Source of the DNA: Nitrospirota bacterium
Lineage (GTDB): Bacteria; Nitrospirota; UBA9217
Assembly (NCBI GenBank): GCA_963737155.1
Contig: CAVTRN010000002.1
Coordinates: 864,001-928,000 of the forward strand
Direction of reading: 5' to 3'
DNA: 64,000 bases
Shown here: positions 10,730 through 20,929 of the stretch, one piece after another
Layout of the letters: each line of letters starts with the position of its first letter
Position numbering within the stretch: the stretch's first letter is position 1
Made by a program: the position numbers and the translations under genes
Notes under the pieces: generated by a model
The model's database searches: none
Told to the model about the DNA's origin: nothing
The model's input: only the letters and a program-made list of their open reading frames with translations

Positions 10730-10897
10730 TCCGGCTCTTCGGCTTGCGTGGTTGGTCAAGTCCATATTAATGTCGAACAGGATGCGGTATTTCTCCTCGC
10801 GCTATTTCCAGTAACCTGCCATAAGCACTTTCGCATCATCCTTCGGATAATATTCCCCAAAATACCGCGCGCTTGCTGAGTGGAGGTTGATTTTTTC

Positions 10898-12445
10898 TTA
10901 ATGCACATCCACGGGCGGTGCACCTGCAGCCGGAGCTGCCCGCTGCATTATGAAGACCAGCGGAAGCACACAGAGGATGAGTACGCAGATGGTGAGAAAT
11001 GCATCGTTGAAGGCAAGGCTCCTGGACTGCTGCATCAGCTCCCGGTATATCAGGCCGTCTGCCCCGGCCGGGGGAATGCCTTTCGAACCCAGGAATGATG
11101 CGAAGTTGCTGTGGAACATGGTGTAGACCCGGTCATAAGGCGATAAATGCTCGGCAAGCCTGACTTGATGGAATTGCGAACGGCGGGAAACCATGGTTGT
11201 CGTGAATGCAATGCCTACGCTTCCCCCCATGTTCCGGAGAAGGTTGTAGATAGAACTAGCCTCGGTCATGTGCTCTCGCGGGATGTGGGAGAGGGTCATC
11301 GTGGTTAGCGGGATGAACGTCAAGCCCATGCCCAGACCGAGGACGACGCGCGGCCAGACAAACGTCAAGAAATCAGCCGTCATGTTGAATCGAGACATCA
11401 TGAACGTGCTGAAGGCGCAAATCAAGATGCCTACGACCAGGATCCACTTGGGATTGATCTTGCTGACGAGCATACCCGCGAACGGCATCGCGAGCATAGT
11501 GGCGATGCCGCCGGGGCCGAGCACTAGCCCTGCGTCAAAGGATGTATATCCCAGGAGCGACTCGAGAAAGATCGGCAGCAGTACGATGCTGCCGAAGAGG
11601 TTCAGAAAGACAAAGAACATGACTGTGGCGCCGCTCGTAAAGGTCCGGTCCTTGAACAATTTCAGGTTTACGATGGGATTGTCGGAATAATATTCATTGA
11701 TCACCAGCAGCGTGAGGCAGACGACTGCGATAATGGCTAAGGCGATGATCGTGGATGAGCCGAACCAGTCATCGCTCTCTCCCTTATCGAGCACAAACTG
11801 AAGGGCGCCGAGCCCCGCGGAAAGAAATAGCAATCCCCAGTAGTCTATCTTCATTTTCTGCCGCTGCATGTATGGGGGATCCTTGATCACGATAATATTC
11901 ATGATGATCGACAGGATGCCGATGGGGATGTTGATATAGAAGATCCACCGCCAGGACATGGAGTCGGTGATCCATCCGCCGAGCACGGGACCAACAATCG
12001 GGCCGAGCATCACGCCAACGCCGAAAATAGCCATAGCTTGGCCGTGCTTCTCCCGGGGAAAGGACTCGAGGAGGATGGATTGGCTGATCGGCACGAGCCC
12101 CCCGCCGCCGATGCCCTGCATGATCCTGAAGAACACAAGACTATGCAGGCTCCATGCGGAGCCGCACATGAAGGAGCTAAAGGTGAAAAGTGCGATGGAC
12201 GCGATCTGATAGTTTTTCCTGCCGATGAGCCGGGCAAGCCATCCGGCCATGGGGATGACGATGGCATTCGACACGAGATAGGCAGTAATGGCCCATGTTG
12301 CCTCGTCGATCCCTGCGGAAAGCGAGCCCCTGATGTGGTCGAGCGACACATTCACAACCGAGGTGTCGATGACTTCGATCAGTGTGGGGAGCATCACCGT
12401 GAAGGCGATGAGCGCCCGGCTTGTGGTTTTATGCTGCAGGGTCAT
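10898..12445 (-). CDS. DHA2-family (EmrB/QacA) MFS efflux permease
   Basis: Many hydrophobic segments; DTSVVNVSL, FRIMQGIGGG, GPVLGGWITD..SWRWIFYINIPIG. Confidence 0.92.
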   Translation of the reverse strand: MTLQHKTTSRALIAFTVMLPTLIEVIDTSVVNVSLDHIRGSLSAGIDEATWAITAYLVSNAIVIPMAGWLARLIGRKNYQIASIALFTFSSFMCGSAWSLHSLVFFRIMQGIGGGGLVPISQSILLESFPREKHGQAMAIFGVGVMLGPIVGPVLGGWITDSMSWRWIFYINIPIGILSIIMNIIVIKDPPYMQRQKMKIDYWGLLFLSAGLGALQFVLDKGESDDWFGSSTIIALAIIAVVCLTLLVINEYYSDNPIVNLKLFKDRTFTSGATVMFFVFLNLFGSIVLLPIFLESLLGYTSFDAGLVLGPGGIATMLAMPFAGMLVSKINPKWILVVGILICAFSTFMMSRFNMTADFLTFVWPRVVLGLGMGLTFIPLTTMTLSHIPREHMTEASSIYNLLRNMGGSVGIAFTTTMVSRRSQFHQVRLAEHLSPYDRVYTMFHSNFASFLGSKGIPPAGADGLIYRELMQQSRSLAFNDAFLTICVLILCVLPLVFIMQRAAPAAGAPPVDVH

Positions 12446-13449
12446 CGGGCGATTACGGTCGGCTCGACGGACATGCCTACCCTGAGGACATGGTCCTTGT
12501 CCGTGCCTTCGTCAAGCAAAATTTTGATCGGAATCCTCTGGACCACCTTTACGTAGTTGCCTGTGGCGTTCTCCGACGGAAAGAGGGAGAAGGAGACGCC
12601 CGTACCGGCCATAATGCTGTCCACCTTGCCTTGGAAGGTCTTGCCGGGATAGGAGTCAACGGTGAAGGAAACTTCCTGGCCGGGCCGGATATTGCCAATC
12701 TCCGTTTCCTTGTAATTCGCGACAATCCAAATGTCATTGAGTGGAACGAGAGCCATGAGCGGCTGGCCCGTCTGAATCCGGTTCCCTGTCTGAACCGATT
12801 TTTTCGTGACATATCCGTCAACAGGAGCGTAAACTTTTGTGTAGTCAAAATGCAGGTTCGCGAGGGACTCCTGCGCTTTCTTCTGCCTGATGAGTGAGGC
12901 CTGTCTGACTTTCCCCGATTCCGCCTCGTGAAGATGTTCTTGCGCGGCCTTGGCCTGGGCCAGCGCCACCTCGTAACCAGTCATCGTCCTGTCATACTGG
13001 TCCTTGGGAATGACCTGTTCCGCAAAGAGTTTTTCAGCCCGGGTCTTTTCCGTCCCCGCGAGCTTCAGTTTGGCCTGTGCAAGCTCGTAATCCGCCCTGG
13101 CTGACGCGATCCTCGTCTCCGCTTCCGAAAGTTTCGCCTTCTCAACGCCGAGGGCTGCCGTGGATTCCCGCAGCCTGGCTTCGTAGTCGGCTGGGTCTAT
13201 TTCAACGAGAAGGTCGCCCTTTTTCACCGCCTGGTTGTCGTTGACCATGACCGCCTTGACCGTCCCGTCGATTCGAGCCGCTACGGTGTGGATGTTCCCG
13301 TCAATGAAAGCATCGTCAGTGGAAATATGCGTTTTCCGGTAGCCGTTGTAGAACCAGCCGGCAATGAGCCCGATGGCTACGATCGTGCCGACAATGATGA
13401 ACGCTTTTTTCTTCTTCTGACCGTTTCCGGCCTTTGCCTGTTCCGCCAT
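12442..13449 (-). CDS. EmrA/HlyD-family periplasmic adaptor
   Basis: STDDAFIDG, ANYKET, FSLFPSENATGNYVKVVQRIP. Confidence 0.93.
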   Translation of the reverse strand: MAEQAKAGNGQKKKKAFIIVGTIVAIGLIAGWFYNGYRKTHISTDDAFIDGNIHTVAARIDGTVKAVMVNDNQAVKKGDLLVEIDPADYEARLRESTAALGVEKAKLSEAETRIASARADYELAQAKLKLAGTEKTRAEKLFAEQVIPKDQYDRTMTGYEVALAQAKAAQEHLHEAESGKVRQASLIRQKKAQESLANLHFDYTKVYAPVDGYVTKKSVQTGNRIQTGQPLMALVPLNDIWIVANYKETEIGNIRPGQEVSFTVDSYPGKTFQGKVDSIMAGTGVSFSLFPSENATGNYVKVVQRIPIKILLDEGTDKDHVLRVGMSVEPTVIAR

Positions 13450-13523
13450 GCTTTCTCCTCGTATATGAACCGGTTGACCTGTTGAAACCGTTAAAAGCGT
13501 TGAAAACGCTTGAACGGCTTTAA

Positions 13524-14813
13524 TTAATCGTTATACACGCCCGCGAGGTCGCGGCCCATCGTGTACAGCAGTTTCGCCTCGGCCCGCTTCATGTCGTAGA
13601 GCGCTTTCCAGGAATTTGATTCAGCCGTGGTCAGGAGCGTTACAGCATCAAGCACGTCGGTTGCTGTCCCCTCGCCCTCCTGATAACGGAGCCTCTGGAG
13701 CCGCAGGTTTTCCCGGGCCTGCTCGGTCGCTGTCTTCGTGACTTCGATTTTCAGCGCTGAGCTCTTAAGGTCGAGGTAAGAACTTTTTACCCCGAGCCGG
13801 ATATTGTCGAGCGTTTTGTCCCGAATCAACTGAAGCGAGCGCACTTCGCTTCTTGCCATCTGGACGCGGGAACTGGTCGCCCCGCCGGAATAAAGATTGA
13901 CGTTCACTCCGGCAATGAGGGTCCAGTTGCCCTCGTGAAGCACATACTTGTTCTGTTGATACTCATATCCTCCCGACAGATAGACAGTCGGCAGGTATTC
14001 CGCCTCGTTGACTTTCACCTTGTCTTCCGATGCCGCGATCTTCGCATTCAGGTCCTTCAGGTCGGGGCTCTCATTTGCGGCAGTGGCCCAGGCGTCGTCA
14101 AGCGAAATGCCCGACGCGGGGCTGGCCTCGACTTCTTCGGCCTGTACGTCGTCATTCAACGGCTTCAGGAGCAGGCTGTTGATTCTCGATGCCCTGACGG
14201 AGCGGAGATTCTCGGCGGACACCTCCCGCTGGCTCGAATCGGCGAGTGCGACGTCGGCCTGGAGCACGTCGTTCCTCGTGATGACGCCGGCGTTGAAACG
14301 GGCCTCCGCATCCTTCTTGTGCGCTTCATCGAGCTGGACTTCCTCCTTCGCGACCTGGAGCAATTTATTGGACTCGAGCAGGTCGAGGTAGGCGATGATG
14401 AAATCGAGGGCGGACTGGTTTCTTGTGCCTTGCGTTTCGATCTCCCGTGACTTGAGGCCGTACTGCGCTGCGTCTATGGACGAGGAGGTCTTTCCAAAAT
14501 CGTAGAGCATCTGGGTTGCTTGGACACCATAGGTCAAAAAATGGTCCTGGGTTGAGGGAAAGGGACCAAAAGGCGTCTTGAACTCGGGCTGGTATTGCAT
14601 CCACGTCTGGTTGCCAAAGAGGTCGACGGTGGGAAGCCAGGGCGCCCGCGCGAGGGAGATTGCCGAACGGGCGGTGTCCTCATCGGACCGGGCAATGATT
14701 ACGTCGCGGCCTGTGTTCACGACCGTCTTTAATCCCTCGCAGAGCGTCAGGGCGTTTGAGGCGAGCGGCAGGAAAAGCAATGCGATAAAATAAAAAAATG
14801 AAAGACGCTTCAT
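13524..14813 (-). CDS. TolC-family outer-membrane efflux protein
   Basis: Signal peptide, two LPT repeats, LYDFG, RYQEG..TATDVLDA; upstream of emrA/emrB-like genes. Confidence 0.88.
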   Translation of the reverse strand: MKRLSFFYFIALLFLPLASNALTLCEGLKTVVNTGRDVIIARSDEDTARSAISLARAPWLPTVDLFGNQTWMQYQPEFKTPFGPFPSTQDHFLTYGVQATQMLYDFGKTSSSIDAAQYGLKSREIETQGTRNQSALDFIIAYLDLLESNKLLQVAKEEVQLDEAHKKDAEARFNAGVITRNDVLQADVALADSSQREVSAENLRSVRASRINSLLLKPLNDDVQAEEVEASPASGISLDDAWATAANESPDLKDLNAKIAASEDKVKVNEAEYLPTVYLSGGYEYQQNKYVLHEGNWTLIAGVNVNLYSGGATSSRVQMARSEVRSLQLIRDKTLDNIRLGVKSSYLDLKSSALKIEVTKTATEQARENLRLQRLRYQEGEGTATDVLDAVTLLTTAESNSWKALYDMKRAEAKLLYTMGRDLAGVYND

Positions 14814-14975
14814 AATTACCTCGGAGATCAGATTAAAAATGTAAGTAAGCGCTATACTACACGAAAAATATCAGAATGGGAAGTTTTTTTGTATCGCGAT
14901 TAGCGTCTGTCCCAGCCCTACTTGAATTTTGCGCTGGAAAGTTGTACCAATAGGAGCGCAGCAAAAGGAGCACTC

Positions 14976-15929
14976 ATGTCCAACGTGATATCGGCAAGCA
15001 GAAGGACCGACATCCCGGCATTCTATTCCGCCTGGTTCGTTCAGCGGCTCAAAGAAGGTTCTGTTGCGGTTCAGCAGCCTTATTCCGGTAAAATTTACCG
15101 GGTATCTCTGAAGCGTGAAGACGTGAGCGCTATTGTGTTCTGGTCGAAAGACTTCGCGCCCCTGATCGCGAAGCTCGAGGAGATTGAACAAACGACGCAA
15201 AATCTTTTCTTTCATTTTACCATTACGGCGGCACAAGAGTTGGAGCCCGGAGTGCCTGACTATCGGGAAGCGGCCCGTGATTACCTCTATCTTGTCAAAC
15301 GCTATTCGCCGCGTCAGATCGTCTGGAGGTTCGACCCTCTCTGCATCACAGACAAGCTGCCTTTTGAAGTCTACCGGGAGCGTTTCGCGCGTTGCGCTGA
15401 ATTGCTGAAAGGTCATGTTCCCACCTGCATCATCAGTTTTGCCCAACCCTATAAGAAAGTCGTCACGAACTTCAAAAAATATTCGGACCACCAGTTGGTT
15501 GAATTATCGATGGCGGAGAAGCGCGATCATGCCAGGAGCCTGGCGGAAATAGCTGGACGTCACGGAATAAGGCTCGCTGCCTGTTGCAACGATTATCTCC
15601 TTGGCGACAAGGTTGGAAAAGCCGCCTGCATCGACGGAGCGCTTCTGTCCAACCTTTTCAACATACCCATCGATACGAGGCTTGCCTCGACCCGCCAAGA
15701 ATGCGCCTGCACCAAAAGTATCGATATAGGCGCATACGATACCTGTCTGCACGGCTGCCTGTATTGCTATGCGAATACGAACAAAGTGAGAGCGGAACAG
15801 GCGCTTGGGCGCCACAATCCCGCATGGAATTCGCTGCGTAAGAATGTGCCGGAGGATGGCGACGAAAAAACGCAGCAGGAGTTATTCCGTGCAGCGAAAA
15901 ACAGGGTCGGTGATAACGATCAAAAATAG
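14976..15929 (+). CDS. DUF1848 domain protein (radical SAM-like)
   Basis: ISASRRTDIPAFY, IVFWSK, WRFDP, CACTKSIDIGAYDTCLHGCLYCYAN; AAGGAG RBS. Confidence 0.88.
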   Translation: MSNVISASRRTDIPAFYSAWFVQRLKEGSVAVQQPYSGKIYRVSLKREDVSAIVFWSKDFAPLIAKLEEIEQTTQNLFFHFTITAAQELEPGVPDYREAARDYLYLVKRYSPRQIVWRFDPLCITDKLPFEVYRERFARCAELLKGHVPTCIISFAQPYKKVVTNFKKYSDHQLVELSMAEKRDHARSLAEIAGRHGIRLAACCNDYLLGDKVGKAACIDGALLSNLFNIPIDTRLASTRQECACTKSIDIGAYDTCLHGCLYCYANTNKVRAEQALGRHNPAWNSLRKNVPEDGDEKTQQELFRAAKNRVGDNDQK

Positions 15930-16281
15930 CAGCAGGATATGATAACAGGGATTGCCGGCCTCTCACTGTGAAACGTTTTGCAGGGAAGGCCATATCCATA
16001 TCATATTGTGCTGAAGTGACCGCAACAGCGCAGCCATAGGCCGCAAACAAAGTTGTTGCCCTCACACACCGTTCGGATTTATATTGCGGAGACAGGATTT
16101 TCAGCCCTGTTAGGAGCGCCTTGAAGTCTATCCAGCTTAGTGCGGTTAGATCTGAATCCCGAACAGGTCATGAGAGCAACATAAGAGATTAAAAGTGCCA
16201 TGGGCACAAACCCACGGGTGTCTGCTAATTCTATTTATCGGGAAAAAGTCCGCCTGCATGCAACAAATACAGAGATAATCG

Positions 16282-16938
16282 ATGTGTATGCTACGTGATA
16301 AAATATGGTCGCAAAAATATTGGTTCTCACCGCCGCATAAACAGTTGTTTAGTGCAGGATATGCGTTGATTATTGTAGTCATCTTTTTTTTACTTTCCTA
16401 TGGGACATATACAAGAAATAAATATTGGCAAAAAAACGAAATAGAAATTTGGGAGGGTGTAGCAGCAAAATCGCCAGCGAAGTTCCGTCCTCATTATAAT
16501 TTAGGTGTCCTGTATGACAAACAGGGTCGTCTCACGGATGCTGTAACAGAACTGCTGACTGCAATTAGGCTGGAGCCGGATAACGCGAAAGCACACAACA
16601 ATCTGGGCTACATTTATGGGAAACAAAATCACCTTGAGGAAGCTGTCAAGGAATTGAAAGTCGCCATTAGATTGGACCCTAATCACTATTTAGCTTACAA
16701 AAACCTGCAAACGGCGTATGAACATTTGGGCGAATTTGATGAGGCTGAAAGGGCTCGAAAAGATGCTGACGCTGTGTCTCATTATGAGAAGGGAAGATTA
16801 CTAGCCAAGCAAGGACATTTGGAGGAAGCCATAAGAGAACTGCAGACCTCCATTATGTTAAAGCCGGATTATGAGATAGCAAATCGTGAGCTAAGCGTGC
16901 TCAGTTCCAAAAGAACTATGGAGGGCCCTGTAAAATAG
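16282..16938 (+). CDS. TPR protein resembling only the C-terminal part of a TMTC-like protein
   Basis: One TM helix then TYTRNKYW...W...KSP.K.RPHYNLG and TPRs, as in 29157-31421 and 57707-59452; lacks the multi-TM GT-C core. Confidence 0.65.
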   Translation: MCMLRDKIWSQKYWFSPPHKQLFSAGYALIIVVIFFLLSYGTYTRNKYWQKNEIEIWEGVAAKSPAKFRPHYNLGVLYDKQGRLTDAVTELLTAIRLEPDNAKAHNNLGYIYGKQNHLEEAVKELKVAIRLDPNHYLAYKNLQTAYEHLGEFDEAERARKDADAVSHYEKGRLLAKQGHLEEAIRELQTSIMLKPDYEIANRELSVLSSKRTMEGPVK

Positions 16939-16969
16939 ATTGTATAAATGACCAAAGTCGGTATATGCC

Positions 16970-17027
16970 ACCGAAACGGAGAAACTAATGGCGGCGAAAA
17001 CGACCTTCCTGACGCTTTAATTGTCAA
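16970..17027 (+). repeat. Imperfect ~58-bp direct repeat, copy 1 (copy 2 at 18514-18571)
   Basis: ACCGAAACGGAGAAACTAATGGC...CGACCTTCCTGACGCTTTAATTGTCAA versus ACCAAAACGAAAAAACCAATGGC...CGATCTTCTTGACGCTTAATTGTCAA. Confidence 0.7.
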
Positions 17028-17040
17028 GGCGGTATCAGCA

Positions 17041-17152
17041 GTTGCAACTTTCTGAAACCGTGCACTCACTACCTAAACCGAATTTTGTGGTTGATTTTGT
17101 CTACAGCTCTCCCTGTTCGATCATCTCGACTATGGTTGATATTTCGATTCCT
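17041..17152 (-). mobile_element. ISL3-type transposase 3' end relic plus downstream end sequence
   Basis: Minus strand reads GIEISTIVEMIEQGEL*; about 95 bp aligns with the reverse complement of 63321-63415; ISL3 assignment from recalled family termini. Confidence 0.6.
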
Positions 17153-17178
17153 TAGGCTAAAATCCATTGCGAAAAATG

Positions 17179-17207
17179 TTGATAAACATGATTCATTGTG
17201 CTATAGT
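17179..17207 (+). promoter_or_regulatory. Putative TA operon promoter
   Basis: TTGATA-17 bp-TATAGT with extended -10 TG upstream of the toxin gene. Confidence 0.5.
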
Positions 17208-17228
17208 TTATAGTGTTATAGGGGTGAT

Positions 17229-17588
17229 GTGCGGGTATTCAAGACAAAGTGGTTCATGCGCTACGCGCGGCAGGAACGGATTAAGGATCATAACTTATGT
17301 GACGCCATCAAGCGTGCGGAACGTGGGCTTGTGGATGCTGATTTAGGCGGCGGAATCATCAAACAGCGAGTAGCGAGAACAGGAAAAGGCCGCTCGGGCG
17401 GTTTCCGGTTGATCATTGCCTACCGCGTCGGCAATCTGGCTGTGTTCCTTTACGGTTTCGCGAAAAGCGAACAGGAAAACATCGATGCAGATGAACTGAA
17501 AACGCTGCGAGAGATCGGGGCGGAATGGCTTGCGGCTAAAAAGAGCACCTTAAAAATGCAATTAAGGAAGGAATTCTACGGGAGGTAA
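17229..17588 (+). CDS. Type II TA toxin, RelE/ParE (DUF1044-like); C-terminus probably frameshifted
   Basis: MRVFKTKWF, DADLGGGIIKQRVAR.GKGRSGGFR, FLYGFAK motifs. Confidence 0.85.
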   Translation: MRVFKTKWFMRYARQERIKDHNLCDAIKRAERGLVDADLGGGIIKQRVARTGKGRSGGFRLIIAYRVGNLAVFLYGFAKSEQENIDADELKTLREIGAEWLAAKKSTLKMQLRKEFYGR

Positions 17589-17591
17589 CCT

Positions 17592-17930
17592 GTGAGGACA
17601 AAAAAAGTGAAACATAGTCGGCTAACGCAAGCGCTACTTGAAACGGCCAATGACATGAAAAAAGTCGGCATTCTAAGCGAGACAGCATACGAAAAAATCA
17701 CCATGCGTCACCACGGTATCGAGAACAATTCCAGGATTGAACCTTTAACCGGTGAAGAAATACGCTTGATGCGCAAACAAGCGCATATGAGCCAGGCGGT
17801 ATTTGCCCACTATCTTAACGTAACGGCTGGTTATGTGTCGCAATTGGAGCGTGGCGCAAAGCGTCCAACAGGCGCGGCACTCGTGCTGCTGAATGTAATT
17901 CACCGCAAAGGGATTGAGGCTATTCTCTAA
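17592..17930 (+). CDS. XRE/HTH antitoxin (HigA-like)
   Basis: MSQAVFAHYLNVT..YVSQLERGAKRPTGAALVLLNVI..KGIEAIL; directly after toxin. Confidence 0.88.
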   Translation: MRTKKVKHSRLTQALLETANDMKKVGILSETAYEKITMRHHGIENNSRIEPLTGEEIRLMRKQAHMSQAVFAHYLNVTAGYVSQLERGAKRPTGAALVLLNVIHRKGIEAIL

Positions 17931-17958
17931 TCTTCCCCCGCGGCCTGCCCGGCCCCAA

Positions 17959-18144
17959 CAATTCTCCTTGTTCGATCATCTCGACTATGGTTGATATCTC
18001 GGCTCCGTAGCGGCGCACCTCTTCCTCAGGTTCATACGTCGTTTCCGTATTTCGGAGGGTTGCTTGTCTTGGCGGTTATTAGGAGTGTTGGCTGGTATGG
18101 TTGACGTTTACGGCTTCAATGTCGGGCAGATTAAGGATGCTCAT
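17959..18144 (-). pseudogene. Internally deleted ISL3-type transposase relic
   Basis: Minus strand: MSILNLPDIEAVNV.. N-terminus joined within 190 bp to ..EEVRRYGAEISTIVEMIEQGEL C-terminus; 17964-18008 is a direct repeat of 17109-17153. Confidence 0.55.
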
Positions 18145-18513
18145 AGGTTTTCACGTATCGGACTAAGCCGCGGGGATATTTTCTCCTTTGACCATTTTTT
18201 CAAGACCTGCAACCAGGTCCTTCAGGATATCTTCCTTAACCTGCGCATATTCTCGATGTCTTCCTGGACCTGCGCAACTTTACTTTTGATGGTATTGATC
18301 TTTTCCAGGATTTCGTAATTGGGCATCTTGTTCAAATTGACGCTGGCAATAATAAATTATTTACAATTGAAAAAACACGGAATACGAAAGTAATCCAAAA
18401 AATATCTTGAGGGAGTAGTAAAATGACCCAGTTTATAGTAACATTTCTGGATACGTTTAAAAAGGTGGCGGTCTTTTCTTCAAACAAGAGCCTTTTAAAC
18501 GGCCTGATAAGTG

Positions 18514-18571
18514 ACCAAAACGAAAAAACCAATGGCTGATAAAGACGATCTTCTTGACGCTTAATTGTCAA
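18514..18571 (+). repeat. Imperfect ~58-bp direct repeat, copy 2
   Basis: Matches 16970-17027. Confidence 0.7.
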
Positions 18572-19021
18572 TGAAGTATTGGTTAGTCGGTATATGACAG
18601 ATGCAAGGGCATCGTTGATACTTTTTAATATTAGACTTGAGTCAACGATGTCTCACCCTCTGCCAATTAGCACGAAGATAAATCTTTCCGGATGTTATTT
18701 CAACCCAGAGTTCTGTGCCAAGAGTTATATGTTTGAGCCGTTTGCATTGCCTCCAATTATCTCTTGTCTTTGCTGGCAGTTTATACCCGACTCCTGCACT
18801 TGATTGAAAACTTGCAGGCTTTTGCCCGCTCTTTATCGGTATTTTTCGTGTATCAAATTGCGCGCACGAAGGTATTTTCAAGTTAGGTGAAAAAATAATC
18901 AATGAATCAAAGCCTTTATTGATAAAGGATGAAAGCGTTTATATCACGAAAAGAGTGCAAGATTCAGATTATAACACAACGAAATTCGCGTCTTTGGCAG
19001 TGAAGAGAAATCAATAGTCTT

Positions 19022-20788
19022 ATGTTATCTTCGACCGGAATATTGAGCCTTGCCGGCTGGCGTCTCCGGCTTGCATCTTACGCTGCGATAATCATTCTCA
19101 TTGCTATCGCATACGGAGGCAGCCTGCATAACGGCTTTGTATGGGATGATGAAACATTTATCGTAAACAACAAATATGTCCATGATATTTCACGCTGGCA
19201 AGAGTATTTCACGATCCCGGAATCCATATCGACCGTACCCAAATTATCGAGTATGTACAGGCCGATACAGACGTTTTCGTTTGCCCTCGATGCATTCCTG
19301 TGGGGAGATAATCCTGCCGGCTATCATTTTACCTCATTGCTATTGCATTTCGCATGCTGTGCCGCGATTGTTTTTGCATTTTCTGGCATCGTAGGCTTAA
19401 ACGCAGCCTTGGCTGGCGCGGTAATCTTTGCCATTCACCCGGCACTCTCGGAAGGGGTCCTCAGTCTGGCGGCACGAGGTAACCAACTGTACACATTATT
19501 TTCGCTCCTCTCATTCGGTTTCTTTGTCAGAACGAATTACCGCTTCGGCATGAATTACGCTCTCTGTGTTGTCACCCTGTTATTGGCCCTATTTTCGAAA
19601 GAGCAGGGCATTGCCGTTATTGCCTTGTTGCCGGTCGCACAAGTCGTGTTGGGAAAGCCTTGGAAAGTTAACAATATACGCTCGATTTTTCTTTATATCC
19701 CGTTGGCTCTGGCAACGGCATTGTTTCTGGTGGTGCGGGCACACGTCGCCGGTACCGTCCTGGTCGCTCCGTACTGGGGAGGCACCCTGTGGTCAACCGT
19801 GCAGATGCAAGCGAAGGCCTTCGTAACGTATCTCTCTCTGCTGGTATATCCCTTCAACCTTCGCGGACGTTACGACATAACTGTCCCCGCCCAGTTTCCG
19901 GATTTATGGGTTATCGGTGCATTCGCCATAAACGTCCTCTTCATAGCGGGAAGCTTTTTTCTTTATCGCAAGGGAAACAGGGGAAAATTAATCGCTTTCG
20001 CCGCCGCGTGGTTTTATCTGTCTCTGGCTCCGGTGTCCAACATAATTCCCATTCCCGGGTCCATGATGGGTGAACGCTTTATCTACTTTACTTTTGCGGG
20101 CATGCTGCCCCTTCTTGCCGCTGTCGTTGAACAATCGCTTAGAGGGAAACCGCTGCTGATATATGCATCCTGCGGCGCTGTTCTTTCCCTTGCCTGGGTG
20201 GCTACCGATATTGCAAGAACGCCCGTCTGGAGAGACAATAGAAGCTTTTTTACTCTAGCTGTTAGGCAAACCCCGACGAGCATGGCCGTGCAGAGCAAAA
20301 TGGCCGAAGAAGAGATTGCGTCTAATGATTTCGGCGCAGCCCTAAGACGGATAGACAGGGTACTGAGCAATCGTTCAAAGTATCAGGTTGATGAAGTTAC
20401 GATCGATTTTCACCTATTGCGCGGGAGAGCATTATTGGGAGCCAATAGGCCTGTAGAAGCGTATAACGAATTTAAGGTCTATACAGACTTTCACAAGAAC
20501 ATATCGAAGGATCTTGCCATGTTACTCGCTGAGGCCGCTGCTCGTTCAGGCAATTTGAAAGATGCCATTTTATTGCTTAAAGGAGAATTGATAAACTCGG
20601 GAGAGGATGACAAATTATGGAACGACCTCGGAAACGTCTATCTTGTGATGAAAGATTTTCCATCTGCCGTTGACTGTTATAAACATGCGCTAAGCATTAA
20701 TCCAGGCAACAATGAAGCAGCCTCTAATCTTCAGTTTGCACTCAGTAATAGCCCTTATTCGAAAGATCATCCCGGAGCTTCAAAATAG
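19022..20788 (+). CDS. TMTC-like GT-C glycosyltransferase with C-terminal TPRs
   Basis: FVWDD acidic pair in first loop, YRP, IHP..SE, FSKE, YL.LLVYP..L..YD (DUF1736-like), ERFIYF, TPR tail. Confidence 0.8.
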   Translation: MLSSTGILSLAGWRLRLASYAAIIILIAIAYGGSLHNGFVWDDETFIVNNKYVHDISRWQEYFTIPESISTVPKLSSMYRPIQTFSFALDAFLWGDNPAGYHFTSLLLHFACCAAIVFAFSGIVGLNAALAGAVIFAIHPALSEGVLSLAARGNQLYTLFSLLSFGFFVRTNYRFGMNYALCVVTLLLALFSKEQGIAVIALLPVAQVVLGKPWKVNNIRSIFLYIPLALATALFLVVRAHVAGTVLVAPYWGGTLWSTVQMQAKAFVTYLSLLVYPFNLRGRYDITVPAQFPDLWVIGAFAINVLFIAGSFFLYRKGNRGKLIAFAAAWFYLSLAPVSNIIPIPGSMMGERFIYFTFAGMLPLLAAVVEQSLRGKPLLIYASCGAVLSLAWVATDIARTPVWRDNRSFFTLAVRQTPTSMAVQSKMAEEEIASNDFGAALRRIDRVLSNRSKYQVDEVTIDFHLLRGRALLGANRPVEAYNEFKVYTDFHKNISKDLAMLLAEAAARSGNLKDAILLLKGELINSGEDDKLWNDLGNVYLVMKDFPSAVDCYKHALSINPGNNEAASNLQFALSNSPYSKDHPGASK

Positions 20789-20929
20789 CCTCTCCTGGCA
20801 GTCCGTTGCGGATAAAAAAATCAGCGCGATATCCTCATAGCGAAAGCACCATTGAAAAAATTTATAATCGAATGAGACCCATAGATAGTGAGAGCGTAAA
20901 TTTTTAGTATATGACTGCTCTACTGATGG

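Noticed and set aside
10735-10880. Minus-strand fragment EEKYRILFD resembling a PAS S-box relic
   Set aside because: Too short and interrupted to assign
13470-13520. Degenerate 9-bp repeats (TTGAAACCG/TTAAAAGCG/TTGAAAACG) between tolC and emrA-like genes
   Set aside because: Short, low-complexity spacer; no function can be supported
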